64,000 nucleotides of DNA from a virus: the IMG/VR virus record IMGVR_UViG_3300046692_000130, positions 1 to 64,000 of that record; one strand, 5' to 3'. The notes beneath the pieces are model-generated. The model worked only from the letters and a program-made list of their open reading frames with translations, did not search any database and was not told the DNA's origin. Made by a program: the position numbers and the translations under genes. Each line of letters begins with the position of its first letter. The first letter of the stretch is position 1. Of the stretch, positions 37,988-47,362 are shown one piece after another.

Positions 37988-40900
37988 ATGAAACTTATGA
38001 AATACATTGCCAGCTTTTTGCTGGTGATGTTCGCACTCCTGCCTATGTCATTTGGACAGGCGAAACAGGTGGCCCCTGCTGGCGGTATCGATACACCGCA
38101 GATCAATCATCTGGTCATTTGTGATAACCATTACGCAAGTCTGCAGCAGTGCGTGAACGTCGCTGGCACGACGAGTAGTGTGTTGGTTCCCTACGCCCAG
38201 CATCCGGGTGAAACCTATTCGAACCCTCACTCAGTTACCGTGCTCGACATTCGCCAGACACTGCCGTCCGGTGCGAATCCTGCCGGTACAATCTTTCAGG
38301 ATCAACTCAACAATGGTAGCGGTGGTTTAGCGGCTGGAATCACGCACGGTGGCCCTAACAACCTCGACCTTCTGAACCCCGGTGCTATACAGGCGTTCCG
38401 TCTCAACTACGTCACACCGGGAACAGATACTCAAACGTATCCGCATCAGCACACGAACATCTACAACTCGTCGTCCTCGAAGCGGTACATGAGCAACGAC
38501 GATATCACCCACACGATGCTGAACCTCTACATCCCAAGCGGTGGCAAGAACTACAGCAATCAGTATTCAGGTGGAGAATCGACAGCCTTTGAGAAGCCAA
38601 ACCACGCCATCCTAACGCTGAACTCTCTCAAGCAAACCGAGGGACAGGGTGGTGGATACTTCGCTTCTCTTGTGAAGAATCTCGGCGTCGGCGACACGAT
38701 GATGAACACGCAGCAAGGTGTAGCGACAGGTGTGAGCGATGGTGACGACGAAGGTTTGAAGTTCTTTCGCGCCAACCTAATTCACAATCCTAGCCGCTTC
38801 GGAATGTCCATCACTTCGATTGCATCCGACTCCTATGGTAACTACGTGTTTCGTGGAACAAACACAGGCTCTTACAATGGTCTACCTTCTGAGGGACTGC
38901 CTGTCATCAATCTGTCGAAAGACTTAAATCCTTCGCAGACTGGAAACATTACTGACATTCGTGCGTATGCAGCCGACAATCGCTTTGCACAGGTGACGCC
39001 AGACACTGGCATCAACATCGCTACCCTCCTGGGTAATTCGACAGTAAGCTATACCACTTCTTCGATTGTGCCTAGCAATCTAAGTGCTGGTATCCTCACT
39101 GCCAAGAATGGTTCAGGTGGTTTGTCGAGCGCCACTGTGACAGTTACAAACGCAACCGGCTTCACTGCAAGTAGCACGATTCCGGTTTGTATTGGATCTG
39201 TGGCAGCAAACTACGAACAGACCTATATCTCAGCAGTCAATACCTCCACTAACACGCTGACCCTACAGTACGCTCGATATCAGCATGGCACGAACGATAT
39301 GGTGTCTCAGGGTGGAGCTTGTGGTTACGCTATCGCGATGAGCGCCGACGAGAAGGCTCCCGGCACTGTACCGGCCAACGATCTTGCAAGTCAGACCACG
39401 ACACTCCATAACGCTTACTACGTGATGGGTACGATCAGCGGAAACTTCATCGTCTACACGAACATGCATGCAAGTGCCGATGCCGTCCTTCATACAGCGG
39501 CTTACACCAACACCACCCCGTTAGTGGCAGGGACGCTTACACCCTCAGTGGGTGGAGGGCAGCTTAATGGATTAGCGATCAATGGTGATGCCAACTACTC
39601 CAACTACAGAGGAAATTTCGTAGGACAGACGACGCTTGCCTATCCTACGATCACCTTCAGTGGCGGGGGCTGCACAACTCAGCCGGTAGCAAGCGTGACG
39701 AGCTATGCCCGTCCAAGTGCTTCTCAGATCCTTCCCGTCATCACCATAACCAATCCCGGCGCAGGATGCAGTGGTTCACTCACTGCAACAATGCAAAGCA
39801 GCTACGCCAACCCGTATCACCTTTATCCTGCTACGGTCAGCTTCAAAGTAATTGACCCAAGCGCAGCCATCGATCCGAATACTGGTGAGCCTTCAGCCAG
39901 CGGCAACTACGTAATGACTGAGGCCGTCAATCCAGCGAACTGGGCGAACGGCGACACGCTCGAAATCAGTGGCTGGTGGAATCAGTACGCAGGGTCAAAT
40001 GTGACGCTCGGTACTATCTACGGTGGGCAGAGCAACAACTTCAGTCTCAGACATGCTTTGCTCTTTGCTGGAGACTGGGCGGGTTCTGAACCTGTGGGCA
40101 ATACCCTTAGCGGTATCGTCAACAGAACACCTTCCTCGCACTACTACAGCCCCAATGGCCCATCTCCCGGCGTTGCCTACGAACTGCCTCCAGATGGTTT
40201 CGAGTTGGGCGGCATGATGAAGAATTCCATCTGGACATCAGATGCTCCAACTGATTCCGTGATGGCCGTAAGGTGCGTCAGTGGTGGATCCTTCTATGTG
40301 GATGCTCTTTCCCCCTGCAACTTTGGAGTGGCGCAGAGCTATCACATCTGGAAAGGCTTCACGGCTTCCAACATCGCGGCCTACGACAGCATCGACTACA
40401 ACAACGGCACGAGAACCATCACCTACAATGTGCCTAACTTTGTGTTCCAGAACGGCAACATCAGCTTTGGTTCAACGTCAGGATTTGGAACGACACCTAG
40501 TTTCCATACTGGCCTACAGATCAAGCATGACAACGGTGTGACCTTTGTGAATGACAACGGGCCAACGCAGATTATTCATATTTGCAATCCGTTGTTCTCT
40601 GCTTCGAATGTGCTTGGCGTAGGTGCTTGCCATCCGAGAGCGGGAGACACTGCCGACTACAACTTCGATGGTCGTTGGGATGCAGGTTATCTCAATGCCA
40701 ACGTAGCCTCTCGTACTCCTGCTTTGAGCGTGAGTCTTGCGCCTCCGGTGTTTTTGGGGTCAGCTACATGGAGTGGTACAGGCAGCGGCCATAACTATCA
40801 GTTTGTCTTTGCTGCTATTAGCCCTCTTGGAATCATGGGGCCAATATCAGCGGATACTTTGGGCGTCTTCAATCAGGGCACTCTCGGCGGCGGCAACTCG

Positions 40901-41578
40901 ATCACAATAAGCTGCAGCACGACGGCGGCACAAATCGGATACCCTTCAGGGACTACGATTGCTGCTTTGCTCCCTGACGGAGCAGGAAACTACATCAACG
41001 AAGGCACCTGCGGTTCAGGTGGCACGATTACTGTAGACGGATCTCACACCACCAATGTTGTGCTTCCGACCCACGCCTACAACAGCTTCATCGGTGCGGG
41101 ACAGTACAGGGTCGAGGCAAGTGGCGATATCTCGTTCCTACCATCGCAAACCACAGAGACAGGTGATACACACATAGCGAGAACAGGCGCGAATGATGTA
41201 TCAATCGGCTCAACCAAGGGCGCATCTGATGGCGCACTGCACGTCGGATCTCTGACCATCGGTGGCAACGCTGTATGTCAGTCAACCGGAACCAATTGCC
41301 CATCGAGCGGTGGCGGTACCCCACTTGGCGGTACGGTGACTCTCACTTCCCCATCATCGGGAATCGAGGGAGGCATTTGTTGGAGCAACACTGTGACGGT
41401 AACCGGCGCAACAGTAGGACACGCTGTGGCTGTATCCACTGCTGACGGTAGCGACGGCAATGCATTCAGCATCGTGAAAGCGACCGTATCAGCGGCCAAC
41501 ACGATCAAGGTGCAGGAATGCGCGTATGCTACGGCACCGTTCGATCCGACTACAACCTACGCAGTGTCGACCTACTAA
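37988..41578 (+). CDS. Fibre/spike-position beta-rich protein with Sec-type signal peptide
   Basis: Start reassigned to ATG 37988 (AAGGA RBS); MKLMKYIASFLLVMFALLPMSFG; Gly/Ser/Thr/Asn-rich; 16 Cys. Confidence 0.8.
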   Translation: MKLMKYIASFLLVMFALLPMSFGQAKQVAPAGGIDTPQINHLVICDNHYASLQQCVNVAGTTSSVLVPYAQHPGETYSNPHSVTVLDIRQTLPSGANPAGTIFQDQLNNGSGGLAAGITHGGPNNLDLLNPGAIQAFRLNYVTPGTDTQTYPHQHTNIYNSSSSKRYMSNDDITHTMLNLYIPSGGKNYSNQYSGGESTAFEKPNHAILTLNSLKQTEGQGGGYFASLVKNLGVGDTMMNTQQGVATGVSDGDDEGLKFFRANLIHNPSRFGMSITSIASDSYGNYVFRGTNTGSYNGLPSEGLPVINLSKDLNPSQTGNITDIRAYAADNRFAQVTPDTGINIATLLGNSTVSYTTSSIVPSNLSAGILTAKNGSGGLSSATVTVTNATGFTASSTIPVCIGSVAANYEQTYISAVNTSTNTLTLQYARYQHGTNDMVSQGGACGYAIAMSADEKAPGTVPANDLASQTTTLHNAYYVMGTISGNFIVYTNMHASADAVLHTAAYTNTTPLVAGTLTPSVGGGQLNGLAINGDANYSNYRGNFVGQTTLAYPTITFSGGGCTTQPVASVTSYARPSASQILPVITITNPGAGCSGSLTATMQSSYANPYHLYPATVSFKVIDPSAAIDPNTGEPSASGNYVMTEAVNPANWANGDTLEISGWWNQYAGSNVTLGTIYGGQSNNFSLRHALLFAGDWAGSEPVGNTLSGIVNRTPSSHYYSPNGPSPGVAYELPPDGFELGGMMKNSIWTSDAPTDSVMAVRCVSGGSFYVDALSPCNFGVAQSYHIWKGFTASNIAAYDSIDYNNGTRTITYNVPNFVFQNGNISFGSTSGFGTTPSFHTGLQIKHDNGVTFVNDNGPTQIIHICNPLFSASNVLGVGACHPRAGDTADYNFDGRWDAGYLNANVASRTPALSVSLAPPVFLGSATWSGTGSGHNYQFVFAAISPLGIMGPISADTLGVFNQGTLGGGNSITISCSTTAAQIGYPSGTTIAALLPDGAGNYINEGTCGSGGTITVDGSHTTNVVLPTHAYNSFIGAGQYRVEASGDISFLPSQTTETGDTHIARTGANDVSIGSTKGASDGALHVGSLTIGGNAVCQSTGTNCPSSGGGTPLGGTVTLTSPSSGIEGGICWSNTVTVTGATVGHAVAVSTADGSDGNAFSIVKATVSAANTIKVQECAYATAPFDPTTTYAVSTY

Positions 41579-41685
41579 ACGACAACGAAACACGAGCACT
41601 GGGCGATCTTCACCAAAACAGCGGTGGGTCGCCCTTTGTGCTTCACAACACTACACGGGACTCCGTGACTCTGAGGTATTTTCTA

Positions 41686-42051
41686 ATGGCCATCCCAGCG
41701 CTTCAAATCACTGCAATCGCAGTGTCTGTCCTTGGCTTCTTGTTCGGCGGTGGGCTGCTCAAGTATTTGTCCAACCGTATTGAGGAGAAAGCGATCATCA
41801 AGACGAAAGTCCTTGATCTTGAGAAGAGGGCAGACAAGCTCTCTGCGAAGATTCAGGCTCACGATACGACGATTGCTTTGCAGGGACAGAGTATTGCTTC
41901 GCTCAGTGAGGCAATGAAGAAGCTCGACGATCTGCCCAAGATCCTTACTGCCTTGGGTGTGCTGGGCGAAAAGATCGCCTCAATCGAACGACAGTTGAAT
42001 CGATTGGATGGGGTCAAGGGCGAACCAGACGACCCGTTTTGCCAGCGCTAA
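41686..42051 (+). CDS. Holin-like single-TM coiled-coil protein
   Basis: N-terminal TM helix then coiled coil; GAGG RBS; follows the tail module. Confidence 0.6.
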   Translation: MAIPALQITAIAVSVLGFLFGGGLLKYLSNRIEEKAIIKTKVLDLEKRADKLSAKIQAHDTTIALQGQSIASLSEAMKKLDDLPKILTALGVLGEKIASIERQLNRLDGVKGEPDDPFCQR

Positions 42052-42054
42052 AAA

Positions 42055-42099
42055 CCAGCATAAAAACTATTGACTTCAGCGCGGACTGTGTTGTACATT
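42055..42099 (+). promoter_or_regulatory. Promoter CCAGCATAAAAACTA-TTGACT-N18-TACATT
   Basis: Shared upstream element. Confidence 0.75.
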
Positions 42100-42142
42100 A
42101 CACATAGTCCTCGTTGCCTACCGGAAACGTGGAGATTGCATT

Positions 42143-43087
42143 TTGAAAACAGTGCGACCTCGGCTTACAGACGAACAGAAGTCTGTGATCCTTGCAAGCT
42201 TGCGTTATGGCGCTTCAAACCGTGCCATTGCGCGTGATCTAGCTGTCGATGAGAAGACTATTCGCCGCTTCAGGGCGTCTCTCGACGTAACAGAAAAACA
42301 TGGACGGGAGGAGACCCTTGGGCAGTCGCATCTAAGCAACAACGCTGTAAAGCGCTTCATTGCAGTATCTGACATCCACTGGCCTTACGTCCATAAACCC
42401 ACCATCAAGCTCATCCTGAGTCTCCTTGGAGACATTCAGTTCGACGGGTTCGTCTTCCTCGGCGATCAGTTCGACAACTCCGTCATCAGCCACCACAACA
42501 AGGGTAAGAACCTTCTCAAGCCGCGTGGTTCCTACTACGCAGAAGAGACGTCGTTCGACAAGGAATTCCTGCGCCCAGTTGAGCAGTTGATTGGCGACGG
42601 TAAGAAGATCTGGATCAAGGGAAACCACGATCACTGGGAGACCCAGTACGTCGAAGAGTTCCCTGAACTCGAAGGCAAGATCGAGCGCGACATCAGCCTC
42701 AAGCTGGAGGAGCGTGGTTGGGAAGTTGTTGAGTGTGGCAAGTCCTACACGTACGGCAAGCTTACCTATCTCCATGGTGAGACGCTGACCGGCGCACAAC
42801 ACGCTAAGAAGGCGCTGGAAGTCTTCTGCACCAACGTCCTGTACGGACACTTCCACAGCCCTCAGAGCGCGACCAAGGTGCTCCCACATAACCAGACACA
42901 GAAGTGGAGTGCATGGTGCAGCCCCATTGCTGGGGATTGCAACCCGTACTACATGCGTAACAAGCCGTCTGGCTGGGTGAATGGCTTCACGCTCATCGAG
43001 TACACACGCAACGGAAACTTCAATCTCTACCCAATCATCACGAGCGGGAACGAGATCGCCTATGGAGGCAAGATCTACAAGGCATGA
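42143..43087 (+). CDS. Calcineurin-like metallophosphoesterase with N-terminal HTH
   Basis: SDIHWP, LGDQFD, GNHD, HG, GHFH. Confidence 0.9.
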   Translation: MKTVRPRLTDEQKSVILASLRYGASNRAIARDLAVDEKTIRRFRASLDVTEKHGREETLGQSHLSNNAVKRFIAVSDIHWPYVHKPTIKLILSLLGDIQFDGFVFLGDQFDNSVISHHNKGKNLLKPRGSYYAEETSFDKEFLRPVEQLIGDGKKIWIKGNHDHWETQYVEEFPELEGKIERDISLKLEERGWEVVECGKSYTYGKLTYLHGETLTGAQHAKKALEVFCTNVLYGHFHSPQSATKVLPHNQTQKWSAWCSPIAGDCNPYYMRNKPSGWVNGFTLIEYTRNGNFNLYPIITSGNEIAYGGKIYKA

Positions 43088-43130
43088 CAAGCTATACAGC
43101 CAGCAACATACTGGAGCGGATTCGCAAATA

Positions 43131-43781
43131 ATGCAACCCAGCCCCAAGACACCACTCATCATTGCATTCGGTTACAAGGCACAGTCGGGCAAGGGGGAAA
43201 GCGCTGAGACCATTCGGCGCTCCCGCTCGACCTTCAGTGGCCACATCGGTATCTTCAGCTTCGCTACGGCGCTCCGCGACGAGATCCATGGCGCTGTGCT
43301 CGATCTGATCGAGAAGACAGGTGTGACGCCACAGTTGGCCTTGCAGGAGCTTTGCTCCAAGTTTGGGGTCACCTACGACGAGAACGCCAAGGTCGACAAG
43401 CTCAACCCATGGGGCAAGCAACGCGCCCTCCAGCAGTACTGGGGAACTGAGTATCGGCGCGCACAAGATCCACAGTATTGGGTCAAGAAGCTGCACACGT
43501 CCATCGCCGACAGTTGCGTTGATATCGCGCTGATCGACGACATGCGATTCCCTAACGAGTACGCATGGGCAGATACCAATGGCTACACCGTGAAGGTTGA
43601 ACGTCGTGACTTCGCCGGTCTTGAAGGTGATGCAGCAATGCACTCATCGGAGACCAGCTTGGACGGCTATGACTTCGACTACTACATCTCTGCAGGTGCT
43701 GATGGCCTTGCAGAGTTGCGCGCACAGGCTCTGCATGTGTTCGACACCGTCCTTGAACTTTTCCAAACGAAAGAGAAGTAA
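43131..43781 (+). CDS. Deoxynucleoside monophosphate kinase
   Basis: GYKAQSGK, SFA..L, R.LQQYWGTEY.R, IDDMRFPNE, HSSE. Confidence 0.88.
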   Translation: MQPSPKTPLIIAFGYKAQSGKGESAETIRRSRSTFSGHIGIFSFATALRDEIHGAVLDLIEKTGVTPQLALQELCSKFGVTYDENAKVDKLNPWGKQRALQQYWGTEYRRAQDPQYWVKKLHTSIADSCVDIALIDDMRFPNEYAWADTNGYTVKVERRDFAGLEGDAAMHSSETSLDGYDFDYYISAGADGLAELRAQALHVFDTVLELFQTKEK

Positions 43782-43787
43782 CCAGCA

Positions 43788-43922
43788 ATGACTCAGACAG
43801 ACCGGACGTACCGAGGAGGCACGTTCGCCGAACTCATCAAGCAGTATCACCACGACCGCATCACCACCGATCCACAGTACAAGGCTGCGGTTGAAGCTGC
43901 CAAAGGAAGTAATCGCAAGTGA
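43788..43922 (+). CDS. 44-aa hypothetical peptide (absent from ORF track)
   Basis: MTQTDRTYRGG..GSNRK*; fills the gap and is GTGA-coupled to the next gene. Confidence 0.5.
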   Translation: MTQTDRTYRGGTFAELIKQYHHDRITTDPQYKAAVEAAKGSNRK

Positions 43923-44173
43923 TTCTCAACCCAATGGACGCGGTGCTCGTAGCCTACATCGCCCTTCTGAACGTCAACGCCCTCGTCATCTCTATGAATC
44001 CACCCAAGAGTGAAGACGGCGTGTACGCGTTCTTTTACCGGTACACGAGGCAGATCACCAACACCGTCGACACGATCTTTGAACGTCGATACAACCTCAC
44101 CGTTCCCCACGCTGCCCTGCTCGATCCGAAGCCAGAACAGGTGGAAACCGAAAACCCTACTCAGGAGAAATAA
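43919..44173 (+). CDS. Small membrane protein, holin-like
   Basis: Hydrophobic N-terminus, M.PP....Y.FFY. Confidence 0.55.
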   Translation: MILNPMDAVLVAYIALLNVNALVISMNPPKSEDGVYAFFYRYTRQITNTVDTIFERRYNLTVPHAALLDPKPEQVETENPTQEK

Positions 44174-44175
44174 TC

Positions 44176-44586
44176 TTGGCAAACAAGTTCGAATCATTTT
44201 TGAAGAAGGTCGGCACTGTAACTGAGCATGGTCTGGAGAAGATCCTGCCCATCGCAATTCGTGCTGCGACCGTCGCTGTGCCTGTACTGGCAGTGTCTGG
44301 CAATGCACCGGCTGCAGCAGTCATTCAGACCATCATCGGCATCGTCGTTCAGACAGAGCAGAAGTATGCAGCCACTCCCGGCACCGGCCAGCAGAAGTTC
44401 GCTGAAGCTGTCGCTGTCGCCTCCCCGGCTGTCACCGCGCTGCTGTCCAACGCTGGCGTCACTGTCAACGCTACGACCGTCAACGCGTGGGTTCAGGTCG
44501 TTGTCGATGCCCTCAACATGGTACCGGCTGCTGAACTCGATGCTGCAATCGTCGCCGCTGGCGTCCAGACTGTGAAGGCTGCTTAG
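44176..44586 (+). CDS. Holin-like (LL-H type) or virion membrane-associated protein
   Basis: Ala/Val-rich; E.K....TGQQKFAEA; AGGAG RBS. Confidence 0.55.
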   Translation: MANKFESFLKKVGTVTEHGLEKILPIAIRAATVAVPVLAVSGNAPAAAVIQTIIGIVVQTEQKYAATPGTGQQKFAEAVAVASPAVTALLSNAGVTVNATTVNAWVQVVVDALNMVPAAELDAAIVAAGVQTVKAA

Positions 44587-44589
44587 TCC

Positions 44590-45165
44590 ATGGCAACTCA
44601 CATCGCAGACGTCGTGAGTAGTGGGTTGCCGTTGCTCACCAAGGAAGAGTTTGTTGCCCAGATCAAGGACGGTGACATGCTCTTCCTCGGTGGCGACTAC
44701 CTGATCTCGCACCTGATTGAGAAGCGCACAGGATCGCCATGGAGCCACGTAGGCATGCTCTTCACTGAGCAGAACACCAAGGCTGTACTTTGCCTCGAAG
44801 CAGTGCATGAGGCTGGCATTCGCATAGGTAGCCTCGATCATTACATGAACCACTACAAGGGTACGGCCATCCTTGCGCGCATCCCCACGGCCAGCTATGA
44901 GCAGTTCAAGAAGGCACTCAACGTCGGCATCTTGAAGCTCGATGGCGGCTACGACACCAACCAGTTGCTCCAGATCGGCGCACAGGCCGTGCTGCCCTTT
45001 GTGAAGCCTACGTCAAGCGACGACTCTGCATTCTGCTCTGGCTTGATGGAGATAGTCTGGACGGCTGCAGGTGTGCAATTGAATCACAACGCCCACGGCA
45101 ACCTCTCCCCTGAAGAACTTTGGAACCAGCCCCTCGTCGTAGGGATCTGCGGTACCCAACTCTAA
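44590..45165 (+). CDS. Permuted papain-like amidase (YiiX/YaeF family)
   Basis: GD.LF, I...T.SPWSHVG, LEA, YD, FCS.L, SP.EL. Confidence 0.85.
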   Translation: MATHIADVVSSGLPLLTKEEFVAQIKDGDMLFLGGDYLISHLIEKRTGSPWSHVGMLFTEQNTKAVLCLEAVHEAGIRIGSLDHYMNHYKGTAILARIPTASYEQFKKALNVGILKLDGGYDTNQLLQIGAQAVLPFVKPTSSDDSAFCSGLMEIVWTAAGVQLNHNAHGNLSPEELWNQPLVVGICGTQL

Positions 45166-45176
45166 TTTCATATCTC

Positions 45177-45213
45177 GCCCATCGTCCCTCACACGGATGG
45201 TGGGCTTCTTTTC
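45177..45213 (+). terminator. Rho-independent terminator
   Basis: GCCCATCGTCC...GGATGGTGGGC followed by TTCTTTT. Confidence 0.7.
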
Positions 45214-45229
45214 CCGTTTAGGAGCCATT

Positions 45230-45487
45230 TTGTCAAAGCTTGAACTCGTCCAACCCACAACCCCAACCCCCAAACCAGACGACCATCTACTGACCATGGA
45301 TGAAGTCGCTACCATGCTAGGCGTCAGCATCAGCTTCGTGAAGAATCACTCGACACGCGTCAAGCCATTCATCCCTTCAGTGAAGTGGGGTGACGAAGGA
45401 ACACGGTCGACGCGCCGGTACCGCAAAGCCGACATCATGAAGTTCATCGAAGACCACTTGGAGAACCGGCCTCGCAAGACGGCATAG
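45230..45487 (+). CDS. Excisionase-like HTH protein
   Basis: LLTMDEVATMLGVS..RRYRKADI; GGAG RBS before TTG 45230; adjacent to integrase. Confidence 0.8.
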   Translation: MSKLELVQPTTPTPKPDDHLLTMDEVATMLGVSISFVKNHSTRVKPFIPSVKWGDEGTRSTRRYRKADIMKFIEDHLENRPRKTA

Positions 45488-45540
45488 GCAGCATTTTGCT
45501 TGTTGCATTCATCATTGTTTGAGCGGTATAGTGAAACATT

Positions 45541-46752
45541 ATGACCAGAGCACGATTCCAAGAAGGATCGCTCCAGATCAAGGGCAAGGGCGCGAAGGCT
45601 GAGTACTTCACGCGGATCCGTGTCTATGACGACATAACTGGGAAGTCCACCCAGCCACGCATCTCGCTCGGCCTCGTCTCCAAGATGAGCAAGCGCGAAG
45701 CCCTGAAGAAGAGGGCAGAGATCATCGGAGAACGTCTTCACCAGTTGCCGAAGTCTGCGCCGACTGCCTCCATGCGTGGATCCACCACACTTGAGAACTT
45801 CTACCGTGAGCGCTTCCTGATCATGAAGTCTCATTGGAGCCAAGCCCAGCGCGACAGCTTCGCATACATCATGGACAGCTTCGTCCTGCCCCGGTTCGGC
45901 AAGTATGCCATCAGCGACATCGACAAGGTTCTGGTGCAGAGTCTTCTCAACTCTCTTGAGGAAAAGTACAGCAAGAGCACACTGACCCACGTACGCACCA
46001 AGATGGTCGAAGTCTTCGAAGAGGCTGTCGAGCAGGACTACGCAGTAAAGAACCCCGCCGCGAAGACCAAGATCCCGGCTGGAGCGCGCCTACCAGAGCG
46101 GCCCGTCCTGACGTCTGAATGGCTCATGCAGATCATCGCCAAGGTCACCGACGCCCGGGACAAGGCAGTGTTCATGGTGGCCACCTTCTGCGCCCTACGT
46201 ACCAGTGAGGCGTTCGGTCTTCCATGGGGCAACTTCCACCACGATGAAGCGACCGGCACCGGCTGGTTCCTGATCGACCAGATCGCGTACCGAGGCAAGC
46301 GCTACAAGCGCACCAAGAACGACGCCAGCAAGGCCCGGGTGCATATCAGCAAGAAGACGCTGGCGGCAATCCTCCAGTGGCAGAAGGAGTGCAAAGACAC
46401 GAGTCCTGACGCTCTGATGTTCCCCAGCACGAACAAGAATGGCCGGTCGAAGAAAGGCGCGCCTATGTACCCACCTACGTGGCTCCAGAAGCGCCTACAA
46501 CCGATTGCTGACTCTCTGGGTATCCCATTCAAGGTCAACTTCAGGGCGACCCGTAGGACGGCCATTACGCTGGTACAGGAGCAAGGATCCTCACTGGCTT
46601 CGGCTCAGGGTATGGCTCGGCATGCATCGCCCAAGTCGACGTCCGAGATCTACACACAGATCGTGCCAGAGAACGTGAAGAAGGCAGTCAACGACTATGA
46701 AGAGATGGTGTTTGCTGCGAAGCCTAAAGCCAAACTCACCCGAGTGAAATAG
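45541..46752 (+). CDS. int: Tyrosine integrase
   Basis: R.R.Q.GS N-terminus, ALRTSEAFGL, TK, RATRRT, RH....T.EIY. Confidence 0.92.
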   Translation: MTRARFQEGSLQIKGKGAKAEYFTRIRVYDDITGKSTQPRISLGLVSKMSKREALKKRAEIIGERLHQLPKSAPTASMRGSTTLENFYRERFLIMKSHWSQAQRDSFAYIMDSFVLPRFGKYAISDIDKVLVQSLLNSLEEKYSKSTLTHVRTKMVEVFEEAVEQDYAVKNPAAKTKIPAGARLPERPVLTSEWLMQIIAKVTDARDKAVFMVATFCALRTSEAFGLPWGNFHHDEATGTGWFLIDQIAYRGKRYKRTKNDASKARVHISKKTLAAILQWQKECKDTSPDALMFPSTNKNGRSKKGAPMYPPTWLQKRLQPIADSLGIPFKVNFRATRRTAITLVQEQGSSLASAQGMARHASPKSTSEIYTQIVPENVKKAVNDYEEMVFAAKPKAKLTRVK

Positions 46753-46771
46753 AGCAACCAGATCTGTAGCA

Positions 46772-46800
46772 GAGGGTCACCTTCGGGTGGCCTTTTCTGT
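46772..46800 (+). terminator. Rho-independent terminator
   Basis: GGGTCACC TTCG GGTGGCC TTTT. Confidence 0.8.
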
Positions 46801-46810
46801 TGCCTAAATC

Positions 46811-47000
46811 GTGGCACAACAGTGGCACAATAAGGAGCACAATGGGGTACTTAGAGCACTTATAGCACTCAAAAACCCCAGTAAATACGCTATGCACCAC
46901 GAATCGAACTGCCTTACAAGCAGAATTTCTGTGGCTGGAACCGCCTTAATTTGCAGTAAGATACAAAAATTGTGTGGCACAAAACGGCACAATAAGGAAG
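46811..47000 (+). repeat. attP arm-type direct repeats (GGCACAA)
   Basis: GTGGCACAA...GGCACAATAAGGA at 46811 and 46974; five GCACAA cores between integrase and tRNA. Confidence 0.7.
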
Positions 47001-47005
47001 TAAAC

Positions 47006-47082
47006 GGGCGGTTAGCTCAGTTGGTTAGAGCGGGTGCCTTACAAGCACTAGGTCGGGGGTTCGAATCCCTCACTGCCCACCA
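47006..47082 (+). tRNA. tRNA-Val(TAC), probable attP core
   Basis: GGGCGGT/ACTGCCC acceptor, GGTGC-CTTACAA-GCACT anticodon arm, TTCGAAT, ACCA end. Confidence 0.95.
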
Positions 47083-47362
47083 CAAACACCCCCGCCCCGC
47101 CCCCATGGCGACACACTGGGATCTCCTGAAAATAAAGTTCTCTGAGAGTGAAGGCTTGGGAACTGCTACGCCCGAGTGAAATAGGCGTGTCCGGTGTGAT
47201 TTCTGTATCTTACTGATTTTAATTAACTTATGGGACACAAGTAGTATTCGCATGTCATTGCAAAAGAATGCACTTGTAGGAATCAAGAACGGTATGGGAT
47301 ACTCGCTGCCATCTCACGGGCCGCGCTTCTAAATTGAGCTTTACAGAAGGGCACCAACTCTC

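Noticed and set aside
32478-41578. DGR or invertible tail-fibre switching
   Set aside because: No reverse transcriptase, TR/VR pair, invertase or inverted cassettes seen in the window
46811-47286. ORFs over the att/tRNA-Val region
   Set aside because: Overlap the tRNA and arm repeats; not protein-like
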